Assembly (NCBI GenBank): GCA_964347335.1
Contig: CAYFYO010000001.1
Coordinates: 2,090 to 66,089, forward strand
Direction: 5' to 3'
DNA: 64,000 nt
Origin: an uncultured Thermodesulfobacteriota bacterium
GTDB lineage: Bacteria; Desulfobacterota; BSN033; WVXP01
Both the position numbers and the translations under genes were made by a program. Below, in pieces: positions 18,391 to 27,370 of this stretch (within the stretch, counting starts at the first letter, position 1; every line of letters starts with the position of its first letter). The notes under the pieces were generated by a model, which was not told where the DNA came from, did not search any database, and saw nothing but the letters and a program-made list of their open reading frames with translations.

Positions 18391-19260
18391 CTAAAAGCGC
18401 TTGGGGTGGTATAGTATTTCCTGTTTTACCCTTACGAGCTCTTCTGCAATCTTGTAGGGGAGACAGATATCATCGCCGACAACACCCAGTTCAGCTTTTT
18501 CGAGCAGTTTGCCATGGAAATCTGAGCCTCCAGTCGTCACCAGCCCGAGTTTCCTGGCGAGTCTCTGATACTGGGCAGTTTGCTCGCGGGTGTGATCAGG
18601 ATAGAAAGCCTCGATACCCTTCAAGCCGTCTCGGGCGAGTTCTGCCACCAGTTTTTCAAGATCCTCTGGGATGCAATTCAATGTAAAGGGATGAGCCAGA
18701 ACAGGAACTCCGCCGGCCCTCAAAACGACTTGGATGGCTTCCCTCACATCGAAACGAAACTTGTCCACATACGCCGGAGCCCCCTGCGCCAAGTAGCGAT
18801 CAAACGCTTCGTCGAGAGAAAAGACATATCCCTTGTCCACCAGGACCTGAGCAAAGTGGGGTCTCCCAATCTGTCCTCCTCCTGAGGCCGCCACAACCTC
18901 CTGATAGGTGATGTCGATGCCGAGATTCTGCAACTTGTCCACGATTTTCGGATTTCTTTCAGATCTCGCCTGCTTCAGCCGCTCCAATTTCTCCTTGAGA
19001 ATGCCCCGCTCTGTTTCAACAAAATACCCGAGTAGATGAACACTTCCGATCCTGGCATTAGCGCTAATTTCAACGCCTGGAATAACCTCGAGTGAGACTT
19101 TCTGCCCCGCTTCAAGTGCTTCCCTCACCCCGTCCACCGTGTCGTGGTCTGTGATGGCGATGGCTTTTAGCCGCAGTTTTTTTGCCAGCTGAACCACGTG
19201 GGCAGGCTTCAGTGTTCCATCTGAGGCTGTGGTATGGATATGTAAGTCGATTTCGACCAT
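18391..19260 (-). CDS. PHP-domain metal-dependent phosphoesterase (TrpH/YciV-like)
   Basis: It starts DLHIHTTASDG and carries His/Asp metal ligands spread across a ~280-aa PHP fold. Confidence 0.8.
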   Translation of the reverse strand: MVEIDLHIHTTASDGTLKPAHVVQLAKKLRLKAIAITDHDTVDGVREALEAGQKVSLEVIPGVEISANARIGSVHLLGYFVETERGILKEKLERLKQARSERNPKIVDKLQNLGIDITYQEVVAASGGGQIGRPHFAQVLVDKGYVFSLDEAFDRYLAQGAPAYVDKFRFDVREAIQVVLRAGGVPVLAHPFTLNCIPEDLEKLVAELARDGLKGIEAFYPDHTREQTAQYQRLARKLGLVTTGGSDFHGKLLEKAELGVVGDDICLPYKIAEELVRVKQEILYHPKRF

Positions 19261-19380
19261 TGCCGCCCGTTCACTTGCAAATTCTAGAACGTCCTGAGAA
19301 TGCGAAACGAAACGCCGACGCTCCGGGTCACCCTAAATTTATCAAAACCAGGGGGCGACTTCAAAGACAACCGATGGGTC

Positions 19381-19812
19381 TCATTTGAGGTAATAATCCG
19401 ATACTCTCCAAACACCGTCTTTATCCAACATTGGGGTCACAGTCTCTAGCGCCACCTTTTTCTTCTCGAAAGAGGTTTCATACTGGATAACCACGTATTG
19501 CCCGTCAGGAGCGCCCGGCAGAGTTTTCGTATATCGGCTTGATTTCAGTTTCCTGGAAATCACCCTCCCAAGGGGGATTCTGAAAGCCCGTAACGATGCT
19601 TCCCATTGTTCCCTCGTGAGGGCTTCTTTGAAAAGCTGGGCTGCCTCATTCCAGCTTGTTGCATATTGACCTTCATCGACGAGTGACAACCAGGCCCCAG
19701 AGGCTGCCACGGCAAGCTCCTCTGGTGTTTGATCGGCGAGGACAGTTTGGCTGCAAAGCAGCAAGAGAGGGAGTAACGATATGGTGATGGCTTTCTCTCT
19801 CAGACCGATCAT
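19381..19812 (-). CDS. secreted DUF4019-like protein
   Basis: An N-terminal signal peptide is followed by a ~120-aa domain. The family call is by pattern and is weak. Confidence 0.45.
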   Translation of the reverse strand: MIGLREKAITISLLPLLLLCSQTVLADQTPEELAVAASGAWLSLVDEGQYATSWNEAAQLFKEALTREQWEASLRAFRIPLGRVISRKLKSSRYTKTLPGAPDGQYVVIQYETSFEKKKVALETVTPMLDKDGVWRVSDYYLK

Positions 19813-20101
19813 GATGATTCTCCTTTGCGTGACTCAGGGACTGATCACATGGCCTCTATGAATCACGAACCCTGAGTGTTCGTGAATAGGCCCCCGCTGC
19901 AAATTAAAGATCTTTGTTGCGGGTTTCGACAGAAAACCTCCCACTCGCTCGGGGCTGGCCCTGAGGAGACTCGATAGGTCCTCAGGACAGATTGTTCATG
20001 GAGCCATAAAAATTCATGAATCATCCGGGATAGGTGATCGTCAAACTTGAGCTGTTAATGACCGAGATGAAACAGGTGAGTCGGCTTCACTCCGTGATGA
20101 C

Positions 20102-20485
20102 TCAAAAAATCTTCGCCCAAATCAAATAGACTGTGGTTATCGCCTGAGATAACGAAACAACCAGCACGGCCACCAGTATGGACAATGATATCGGTGTTCT
20201 GAACTCATCCCGGCCCCTTTTGATAAAGGACGTGTGGATTCCGAAAGCGAACATCCCAGCGAGAGATAGAATCAGCGAAAATATGAGACCAGCGAAAGCG
20301 TGCTCAAAGACAAGCACCAATCCCTACATGACGAGAAACACGAACGGGAAATGTAGGATTAGGAAACCAGTGATCGCCCCGGGTAGACCAAACAAATCCC
20401 ACTCCTTCCAGTAGGCGGAGTCAATTTCGTGATTTATCATTAGGACGGAATTGACCAAGTAGAGCCAAAACAAAAGATCTTCCAT
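20102..20485 (-). pseudogene. small membrane protein gene interrupted by an in-frame TAG (or read-through/sequencing error)
   Basis: The 53 codons from ATG 20485 (MEDLLFWLYLVNSVLMINHEIDSAYWKEWDLFGLPGAITGFLILHFPFVFLVM) end in TAG at 20324-20326. The same frame then continues as GLVLVFEHAFAGLIF... to 20102. Confidence 0.4.
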
Positions 20486-20694
20486 GATTCACTCTGCCTC
20501 CCCATCGTAAGCATCTTTGGCCCCAAGGCCCAAACGGACCTGTCTTAAATAGCCGGGCCCTTCGACGACCCGCATCATGCAGGGGAGGGGACGGTGAGAA
20601 GAAAAACAACAGACAGCGTCCACTTTGCCCACCGCCCTGAATTTCTGGATTCGGGGTTCACGCAGTCACCCGTTCAAATCGCTTTTTCAGACCT

Positions 20695-20733
20695 CAAAAA
20701 GGCTCCGCCCTTTCGGTCAGCTTTGGTGGGCGG
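20695..20733 (-). terminator. intrinsic terminator after the 66-aa membrane ORF
   Basis: Minus-strand CCGCCC...GGGCGG stem followed by AGCCUUUUUG directly after the TAG stop. Confidence 0.4.
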
Positions 20734-20934
20734 CTACATGACCAGGAGGCCAAGGAGCAAAAGGGACACGCCAAAGGCTATCCAGACGTACCCTAAATAG
20801 ACAGCTTTCCTCCCCGTGTACCCTCGGTAACCTCTGCCCAAATAAGCCTTTTGGGTTCTCACCGCCGAGATACCGGACCCGATTAACCAGGCAGACAATG
20901 CGAAAAGGATAATAACGTGTATGAGGGTGCGCAT
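20734..20934 (-). CDS. 66-aa two-TM membrane protein
   Basis: Two hydrophobic helices flank a basic loop. It begins 13 nt after the DUF2007 gene ends and is followed by a terminator. Confidence 0.4.
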   Translation of the reverse strand: MRTLIHVIILFALSAWLIGSGISAVRTQKAYLGRGYRGYTGRKAVYLGYVWIAFGVSLLLLGLLVM

Positions 20935-20949
20935 CTGCTCTGATGTCTA

Positions 20950-21348
20950 CTACCAGGTCGTCCCGCAATTATCACAAGCCCATTTCTTCCGACGGAAGAA
21001 GATGGGAAGCAGAAACAAAAGTGACGGAATCAGGGACCAAAGTGAATAGCGGTTCGATGAGATTGAGGAAGATCCACACCTCGGACAAATTTCCTCAGGA
21101 GAGGATTCGAAGCGGATCTCCTCGGTGTCGGTGAGTTCTCCCGTAGCATCTGCATTGAGGATTTCACGGGCCCGATCCAATGCCTCTTCTGGCACCTGAA
21201 CTTTGACGCCTCCAACGGCCTCAGAATGTGTCCAATTCACCCAGACGAGGTGCTCATCGAGAACAACGGCCGGAATACCCTCCGCTTCGAGCTTTCCCCT
21301 GGCGATGTGGGCCTTGTAAGGTTCCCTAAAGCTGGCGACAGTCTTCAT
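20950..21348 (-). CDS. DUF2007 (PII-like) domain protein with TM segment and C-terminal zinc ribbon
   Basis: MKTVASFREPYKAHIARGKLEAEGIPAVVLDE matches DUF2007. A TM helix and CPRCG...CDNCG follow. The ORF extends to 21426 with an alternative start. Confidence 0.5.
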   Translation of the reverse strand: MKTVASFREPYKAHIARGKLEAEGIPAVVLDEHLVWVNWTHSEAVGGVKVQVPEEALDRAREILNADATGELTDTEEIRFESSPEEICPRCGSSSISSNRYSLWSLIPSLLFLLPIFFRRKKWACDNCGTTW

Positions 21349-21409
21349 CCGAGTCCCTTCTCGTTTAGACGGCTGAAGGCCGAGCGATTTCCCTGCCCAT
21401 GTCTGTCGA

Positions 21410-21778
21410 TCACTTTGCCGACTCATCCATTTGCATCATTCCGAAGGTGTTTCCTTCGGTGTCCCTGCATGTAGCGAAATGACCCACTCCAGGGATCGCT
21501 CTCTTGGGCTCTATGATCTCCCCTCCACTTGCCTCAACTTTGGCGGCGAATTGATCAACCGACGGAACATCGATCACATTTATCGTGGTGTCCGAGGGAT
21601 TGACTCTCTTCGCTAGACCGCCGTCGATACCGGGGGCATCTGGGTCACCCGTCTTGATGAGCCAGTAATCGATCGGTCCCTCCCACTTTTCAATTTTCCA
21701 CCCAAATACATCCCGGTAAAACTCGATTGCCCGTGCGACATCTTCTGCACCGAGATCAAAATGAACAACCCGTAGCAT
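21410..21778 (-). CDS. VOC/glyoxalase-bleomycin resistance family protein
   Basis: 122 aa with a VHFDLGAEDVARAIEFYRDVFGW beta-alpha-beta-beta-beta module and C-terminal GVGHFATCRDTEGNTFGMMQ. Confidence 0.8.
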   Translation of the reverse strand: MLRVVHFDLGAEDVARAIEFYRDVFGWKIEKWEGPIDYWLIKTGDPDAPGIDGGLAKRVNPSDTTINVIDVPSVDQFAAKVEASGGEIIEPKRAIPGVGHFATCRDTEGNTFGMMQMDESAK

Positions 21779-22134
21779 CGATCATCTCCTTGTACTTAGG
21801 TGTGACGATTTCCCTTCCGGCTAATCAGCAAGTGCGTCGGCTGCGAGCGAGACGCAGCCGGAACCACCATCTTGCCTTAGCCTTTTCACGATGAAATTTT
21901 CAAGAGAGGGAGGCAGAGCCGCCTCCCCATGGTGGGGCTGCATGATCCGGAGTGGCATGGAACCCCGATGCGTCGAACTTGCTTCCTCAGACCCCTTCAT
22001 TCGTTTCGATCATGAGTTTGAGTCCACCGATGCTTCCGAGGCCGATACGAGTCAGCGTCAATTCCTTTGAGGTACAACTCTTCACACCTGAGACCAGCTG
22101 CCGCAAATCACCGCGCCTGTCAGGCAGTCCGAGG

Positions 22135-22452
22135 TCAGACGCTCATTTCAGCCTTAACCTCGTAATGTTGTGAACGCTCATCAAACCGTAAAAGGAGGGC
22201 TCTCGCTTTTGCCGGGACCACTGCTTTTTCGTAGTCTTCTCCTGCAAAAGTTCGAATAGCGTCGATTGAATCAAACCACATGATCGTCATAAACTCCACC
22301 TCATCGCCCATGGTCCGCCTCAAAAGCTGAATTCCACGATACCCGGAAATCTGCCGATTCTGTATGCCAATGAAAATCTCGCTCTTGAGCAGGACTTCAT
22401 AAGCATCAGCGTTCGTCGCGGTCGTCCAGCCGTGCCAAATTCGGCTCATCAT
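22135..22452 (-). CDS. small ferredoxin-like-fold protein, ABM-monooxygenase-like (tentative)
   Basis: It is 105 aa, and its size and hydrophobic pattern fit the ABM/Dabb fold. No motif is certain. Confidence 0.4.
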   Translation of the reverse strand: MMSRIWHGWTTATNADAYEVLLKSEIFIGIQNRQISGYRGIQLLRRTMGDEVEFMTIMWFDSIDAIRTFAGEDYEKAVVPAKARALLLRFDERSQHYEVKAEMSV

Positions 22453-22494
22453 GGTGAAATCCTCCTCGGGACCATAGGGAATATCCTCGCCGAT

Positions 22495-23286
22495 TCAAAA
22501 TGCAATCTCATCCCCATAATCCATGATCCTGCACTCCATACCCATCTTCTCCACCTGTCTCTTGAAGTACCGATCGTCTGCTGGGTTAACATTCCTTTTC
22601 CAGAAGAAATTCCCATTGTAGTGGCATGGTATGACAATTTTCGGCGAAATGAGTCTAACGGCATCGAGTGCTTCGTCTTCATCCATCGTGTTTTTTGCGA
22701 TGTGTCCCCCGATTGGAATCATCAGAATATCTGGGCTCAATCCCTCCCATTCCTTTTGAATCAGGCTGTCGCCCAAGTTGGCGAGTGTCGTGTTACCGAC
22801 TGTAAACTGAAATCCGATAGCTCCCATGCCGACACGCTCCCCTCGGCCAGGAGCAATCTCGCGGTGGACGATCCCAAATAGAAAACTCACAGCCAATGGG
22901 CCATGAACGGATTTAAGGCCCTGGATTGGCACGCCCTCCACCTCAATTTTTTCGTCGACGCCTAAGCCATATATCCTTTCAAGCCTTGTGGAGTACTGGA
23001 CGCCTCGGCTCCGAGGGTTGAGCAAGAGTTTGTCTTCTCCTTCTTTTCTCACAATATCCTTGCCGCAAACAACCGGGGCATTGGAGCTTTGAGCCACTCT
23101 AGCAACGTACCAATAGTGGTCGGGGTCTCCGTGTGTCGCCAGTATGTGGGTGGTACTTTTCCACTCAGATTGTGGTATCAGACTATTGAGCTTTCCAATC
23201 CACAAATTGAGGCCCGGATCGATCGCAATCTTCGTTCCGGCGGCTTCTATGATGAATGCGTTATAGAGGAAGTACCTGAGTTTCAT
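22495..23286 (-). CDS. MBL-fold metallo-hydrolase
   Basis: HxHxDH-type motif (ILATHGDPDHYWY) and downstream His/Asp ligands. Confidence 0.8.
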   Translation of the reverse strand: MKLRYFLYNAFIIEAAGTKIAIDPGLNLWIGKLNSLIPQSEWKSTTHILATHGDPDHYWYVARVAQSSNAPVVCGKDIVRKEGEDKLLLNPRSRGVQYSTRLERIYGLGVDEKIEVEGVPIQGLKSVHGPLAVSFLFGIVHREIAPGRGERVGMGAIGFQFTVGNTTLANLGDSLIQKEWEGLSPDILMIPIGGHIAKNTMDEDEALDAVRLISPKIVIPCHYNGNFFWKRNVNPADDRYFKRQVEKMGMECRIMDYGDEIAF

Positions 23287-23294
23287 AGCAAATG

Positions 23295-23313
23295 AAGGCC
23301 GAGATCAGCTGCC
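23295..23313. promoter_or_regulatory. conserved 19-mer AAGGCCGAGATCAGCTGCC, copy 1, 8 nt from the MBL start codon
   Basis: An identical 19-mer recurs at 27063-27081, 9 nt from the ICMT start. It contains GATC and CAGCTG. Confidence 0.5.
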
Positions 23314-23408
23314 TGGAGACAGTGAACCCTTTCCCTGTCGGACCGCAAGGGTCGTCAGACGGCTCGGTGAATGCGCTTTTCGAGCAGAATTTCCCTTCCA
23401 TTCAGTTC

Positions 23409-23666
23409 CTAGGTTTTTCCCTTAAAGTAAACCCGTCTGACGAATAAATACCAAAACAACAGGATCCAAGGTAACAACAGGGCGATAGCGTTCAGAGGAC
23501 TCTGTGGTATTTCCGCAATGTGCCCCCAATCTCCATCCGTTGGGAACCACTTCCACGAAGCGACTGCGACTCCAAAGCAAAACCCGAAAGCAAAAGCGAG
23601 GGCTACCCCGGATAGTCTGTCGAACTTTTCTACGCGCATTCCTCTATTGTCATTCTTGCCGGCCAA
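23409..23666 (-). CDS. 85-aa two-TM membrane protein
   Basis: Hydrophobicity pattern only. Confidence 0.3.
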   Translation of the reverse strand: MAGKNDNRGMRVEKFDRLSGVALAFAFGFCFGVAVASWKWFPTDGDWGHIAEIPQSPLNAIALLLPWILLFWYLFVRRVYFKGKT

Positions 23667-23989
23667 CAGCTGTGAGTTGAACGGTTGGGAATCGGACCCA
23701 GCGATGATCCTCGCCGCGCATCCACGTTTCGCTCCAGTGAGTGGTTAGGTGGTCGATTTCCATTCATCTGCTTTCGGATCCCAGAAAGGCCCTCGCAATC
23801 CAATCTCAGAGAAGATCTCTACCATCTCATCAGGGCCTGGGCGCCGAGATTCGACTGTCAATCGGTTCCCGTACCATGTCACTGCGAGATGCCATAATGA
23901 GACATTTTGATCAGCGGGCGTTTCGGAACGTTCTTGGCCTCGCACCATTTTTCGACTGTTTCTTCCGACCGAAAGAGTAGCATGGTCGC

Positions 23990-24433
23990 TCAAGTGTAAA
24001 TGATGTCGTCCCACCATTTTGCTGCGGGTACAGCAAAGTGAGCCACGCAATCTTGATGGACAGGCTTGCCGCCTCTAACTTCCAGGGTGATTGGCGCTCC
24101 AGTGAACCCATCAGATGCACGGATTACCGTATCCCGATGGAGTGCCGCGGCAACTCCGAAAGCATCCCATACGCAATTCGCATAATAGGATTTGTTTCCT
24201 ACAGTCACAAGGAAGGATGTCTCAACGCCGGAAAACGGCGGGGCCATAATAATTTCCGAGCTTCCGCCTGGCTCCAGAACGAGGAGCCGCCTTGCGTATA
24301 GGCGTTTGAAGGATGACGCTACCTTCTCAACCGATGCCCCCAATTCGTTTGAGACGTCAGCAGAAGTTGGCATCATTGTGGTACGAGCAATCATCTCGTA
24401 GATCGTCAGCTTGACCTTCGTATCAAAATCCAT
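23990..24433 (-). CDS. alkylmercury (organomercurial) lyase MerB-family protein
   Basis: It has an N-terminal wHTH-like region, then a Cys-x2-Asp (YANCVWDAFG) and a second Cys (HQDCVAHFAVPAA). These are spaced like the MerB catalytic Cys/Asp/Cys triad. Confidence 0.55.
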   Translation of the reverse strand: MDFDTKVKLTIYEMIARTTMMPTSADVSNELGASVEKVASSFKRLYARRLLVLEPGGSSEIIMAPPFSGVETSFLVTVGNKSYYANCVWDAFGVAAALHRDTVIRASDGFTGAPITLEVRGGKPVHQDCVAHFAVPAAKWWDDIIYT

Positions 24434-24571
24434 GGCTACCCCTCATATAAAGTGTTTCGGCCACCGGAGTGCCCAGGAAGTCCATCACCGCAGATGTGGT
24501 GCACGTAATAGTCAGTTGCGGGATGACTGAGACCCACACGATCTGCCGCACGAAGGGAGTGGACCGGCGTC

Positions 24572-25084
24572 CTAAATTGCCTCAAGGAATTCAGGCCGGT
24601 ACTTGGCCACTCCGGATATGCCCTGGATCTCCGCCGCATTCAGTACCAATATCATGAATGCGTTATCTGGTGCCTCCCACTCGCTCTTGATCCCATAACG
24701 ACTTCCAGGCTCAAATCCAAATCGGGGGTAGTACTCGGCGTGCCCCAGAACGATCACAAATGGAAACCGCCTGCTTGCCAACTTGGCGATGCCGGTTCTG
24801 ACCAGCTCCGAGCCGATCCCCTGTTTTTGGTACTCCGGGAGCACCGCCATCGGTGCCAAGCCCATTCCTTGAATCGCACGGTCTTCGCCCTCGATCGTAA
24901 CGGGACTGAAGAGGATGTGGCCCACAATTTGATTGCGTTTCGTAGCCACCAGGGACAACAGATCCTTACAGTTTCGTCGCAGTTTGTCGACGATATCGGC
25001 CTCTTGACTTCGACCAAAAGCCCGCAGATTTACGACACGGATTGGTTTTTCATCCTTTCGCTGTTCTTCGCGAATCCTGACCAT
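24572..25084 (-). CDS. GNAT family N-acetyltransferase
   Basis: It has the acetyl-CoA binding motif QKQGIGSELV and a YYPRFGF C-terminal motif. The start was chosen at MVRIREEQ. Confidence 0.75.
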   Translation of the reverse strand: MVRIREEQRKDEKPIRVVNLRAFGRSQEADIVDKLRRNCKDLLSLVATKRNQIVGHILFSPVTIEGEDRAIQGMGLAPMAVLPEYQKQGIGSELVRTGIAKLASRRFPFVIVLGHAEYYPRFGFEPGSRYGIKSEWEAPDNAFMILVLNAAEIQGISGVAKYRPEFLEAI

Positions 25085-25184
25085 CTTCCTACGCCGAACA
25101 ATCGATCCCAGCGGCCCTGAGCGATGGCGTTGGGTCGATGTTGAGCAGAATCGAAGCATCGAAAGGTCTGACTCCGGCGGTGGG

Positions 25185-25757
25185 TTAGGCTGCGTGAAGT
25201 CCCCCGCGATCCCTTGCCATGAAGAGTGCCACTAGACCGACAGGAACATAGACCAGCCCGAGTATGACAAAGGTGAACTTCGGGATCGCACACCAGCGCG
25301 CAACTACCGGCCAAAGGGATGTTTCAGTGCCAAGTAGGACGCGTATCAGGGCGTAGTTTTCTAAGCTATCAAAGAGCCCTGCAGCGACCTGTCCCCAAGC
25401 CAGTAGAAGGCCAGCGGTTGAGAGAAATGCAATTCGCTCCGACAAGCGGCGCGATAGCATCACACAACCCAATCCAATCGCAATCGGATAGGCAACCAAG
25501 AATAGACAATCAAGCCCGAGATTCAGTCCTGCATAGACACGACCGACTTCCCCCCACGACTCCACAATGCGCTGAGCAGTCGACAACTCTCCAGCAAATT
25601 CGTAGGAGATAATACCGGCCGGGGCAAACTCTGTTTTTAAGGGCACGCCCAGGAGGTTCAAGGAGAGCATCAGAACAAGGGTAATGATCAGAAGCACAAT
25701 GAAGGTTGGCGTCTGAGCGGATATGGTGATCCATTCGAAAGGATGTCGAAGTTTCAT
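25185..25757 (-). CDS. integral membrane protein (5 TM), unknown function
   Basis: Hydrophobicity only. Its TAA stop lies inside a GCCTAAC heptamer. Confidence 0.5.
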   Translation of the reverse strand: MKLRHPFEWITISAQTPTFIVLLIITLVLMLSLNLLGVPLKTEFAPAGIISYEFAGELSTAQRIVESWGEVGRVYAGLNLGLDCLFLVAYPIAIGLGCVMLSRRLSERIAFLSTAGLLLAWGQVAAGLFDSLENYALIRVLLGTETSLWPVVARWCAIPKFTFVILGLVYVPVGLVALFMARDRGGLHAA

Positions 25758-25912
25758 CTGACTCTCTCCGTAAGATTACGCTGGCTCTGGGCCCGATGAT
25801 GAGCTTGGTGTGAATTCAGCCGTCCGCAACCTCATGATAATGGTTACTTGGCACGGCGGACCCAGCGGAATCTTGTTCAGGTACATGACGTGGTTATGTG
25901 GCCGCATCAGGA

Positions 25913-26320
25913 TTATGTTATGTCCAGAAAATGGGTCTTGATGTATCTGCAAGCCTCCTCAACACTCGGTAAAATTTTCGTGCAGTATCTGACCATCCAT
26001 GGGCTGCAGTATTTGAACGAGAGAGGAGAGAAGGCAACGACGAATTTTCCGAGATCGTGGCTCGCGTAGAAAACCTCCATACTTGTCCCGATGCTTGGTT
26101 TGCAATAATTGACGAGGACAATATCTGCATCACGAATATCCTGCAAATCGAACTCAACAATCTCATTCGCCGAATCTACCTCTTTGTCGCGCAAATTCCT
26201 GCGCATTGGATCTAATAGTCTAAAATGCGATGAAAGCAGAGACTTCGCAATATCTCGCCATTTACGAGCCACGCCCTCGTGCTCATCCATAATTGGCCCA
26301 CTGAGGTAGACGGTCTTCAT
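25913..26320 (-). CDS. nucleoside 2-deoxyribosyltransferase-like protein
   Basis: It has a VYLSGPI N-terminal motif and Rossmann-like layout typical of the family, and it sits in a lower-GC patch. Confidence 0.45.
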   Translation of the reverse strand: MKTVYLSGPIMDEHEGVARKWRDIAKSLLSSHFRLLDPMRRNLRDKEVDSANEIVEFDLQDIRDADIVLVNYCKPSIGTSMEVFYASHDLGKFVVAFSPLSFKYCSPWMVRYCTKILPSVEEACRYIKTHFLDIT

Positions 26321-26474
26321 CTCACGATCTCTTCCTCTGCCACCGAACGCTCCGGATAGCCTGCCGCTATCGAGTGGCAGCCAAATGGCGGTCAGCCTTC
26401 ATGCGATGATCGAGCCATATTTCATGTCTCGGGTCAGAATATCCAGCAGAAGGCACTCGCCGTCTTTGGATCGG

Positions 26475-27053
26475 TCAGAATAAGAAAGGAATGAACATCT
26501 TGGTTTGTTTCATGTAGTCTCGATAGGCGGAGCCAAAAAAGCTAATATTTTCGATTTCTTCCGCTTTAGAGGTGGCCACGAGGAAAACAGTCGCCATGGC
26601 AGCCAAACCCCCACCCAGCCAATGAGGCCGTTTGAAAAACACCCCCCATGCAAGAAACAACAGTGAACTGTAGAGAGGATGCCGAATGTATTTGAACGCC
26701 CCCACGGTGACTAACTGGGTGGTTTTCTCCAGCCCGACCAGGGCTGCGTCATCACGTTTATGGTCTGGTTTCCCTACGATACGCAATAGCTTCATGCCAT
26801 GAACGACCAGAAACAAAGAGATGAATAATAGCGGCCACGAAACAAGCTGGTGAATGGAAAAAGGATCATGGAGCCAAAATTCAAGGTTCAATAAGATCAA
26901 GACCAAAATAGCCTCCCAGGCAAAAAATCGAAAAAAACCATGGGAACGGAAATTGGCCAATGATTGCCATGATACATAGATGATTCCAGCGCTCGCCCCA
27001 GCAAAAACAATGAATTTGAGCAGATTCATAAGATCGCTCGTGTAGAGGGTCAA
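26475..27053 (-). CDS. isoprenylcysteine carboxyl methyltransferase (ICMT)/PEMT-family membrane methyltransferase
   Basis: Multi-TM with the C-terminal RHPLY motif (IRHPLYSSLLFLAWG) and an EE box. It has a TTG start, and an ATG at 27029 is also possible. Confidence 0.7.
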   Translation of the reverse strand: MTLYTSDLMNLLKFIVFAGASAGIIYVSWQSLANFRSHGFFRFFAWEAILVLILLNLEFWLHDPFSIHQLVSWPLLFISLFLVVHGMKLLRIVGKPDHKRDDAALVGLEKTTQLVTVGAFKYIRHPLYSSLLFLAWGVFFKRPHWLGGGLAAMATVFLVATSKAEEIENISFFGSAYRDYMKQTKMFIPFLF

Positions 27054-27062
27054 TTGAGGCCA

Positions 27063-27081
27063 AAGGCCGAGATCAGCTGCC
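27063..27081. promoter_or_regulatory. conserved 19-mer AAGGCCGAGATCAGCTGCC, copy 2
   Basis: Identical to 23295-23313. Confidence 0.5.
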
Positions 27082-27370
27082 CTGAGCGAGCGCGGCGAGT
27101 GAGAGGGTCAGGTGTGTTGACGGGTTAGGTAGAAACACCTTATTCGCGCTAAGCGAGTTTAGCTGATCAGTCGCCCAATATACGACGTGCTTTGACGCTC
27201 CGGCGATCCTTTCCCGAAACCTATTGTCTATCAGGTTTGGCAATACGCCTCAACTTATGATCTTATGCACGTCCCCTGTAACAACAACGGTCTAACGCTC
27301 AAACTCATACGGACGCATTAGATATCTTCACATTGGTTTTCAAGACAATGGTCGACCCCTCTCTCTCGCC

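Noticed and set aside
25913-26320. Calling the lower-GC gene a confirmed nucleoside 2-deoxyribosyltransferase
   Set aside because: Only the N-terminal YLSGPI-like motif is recognisable. It is kept as a tentative family assignment with low confidence.
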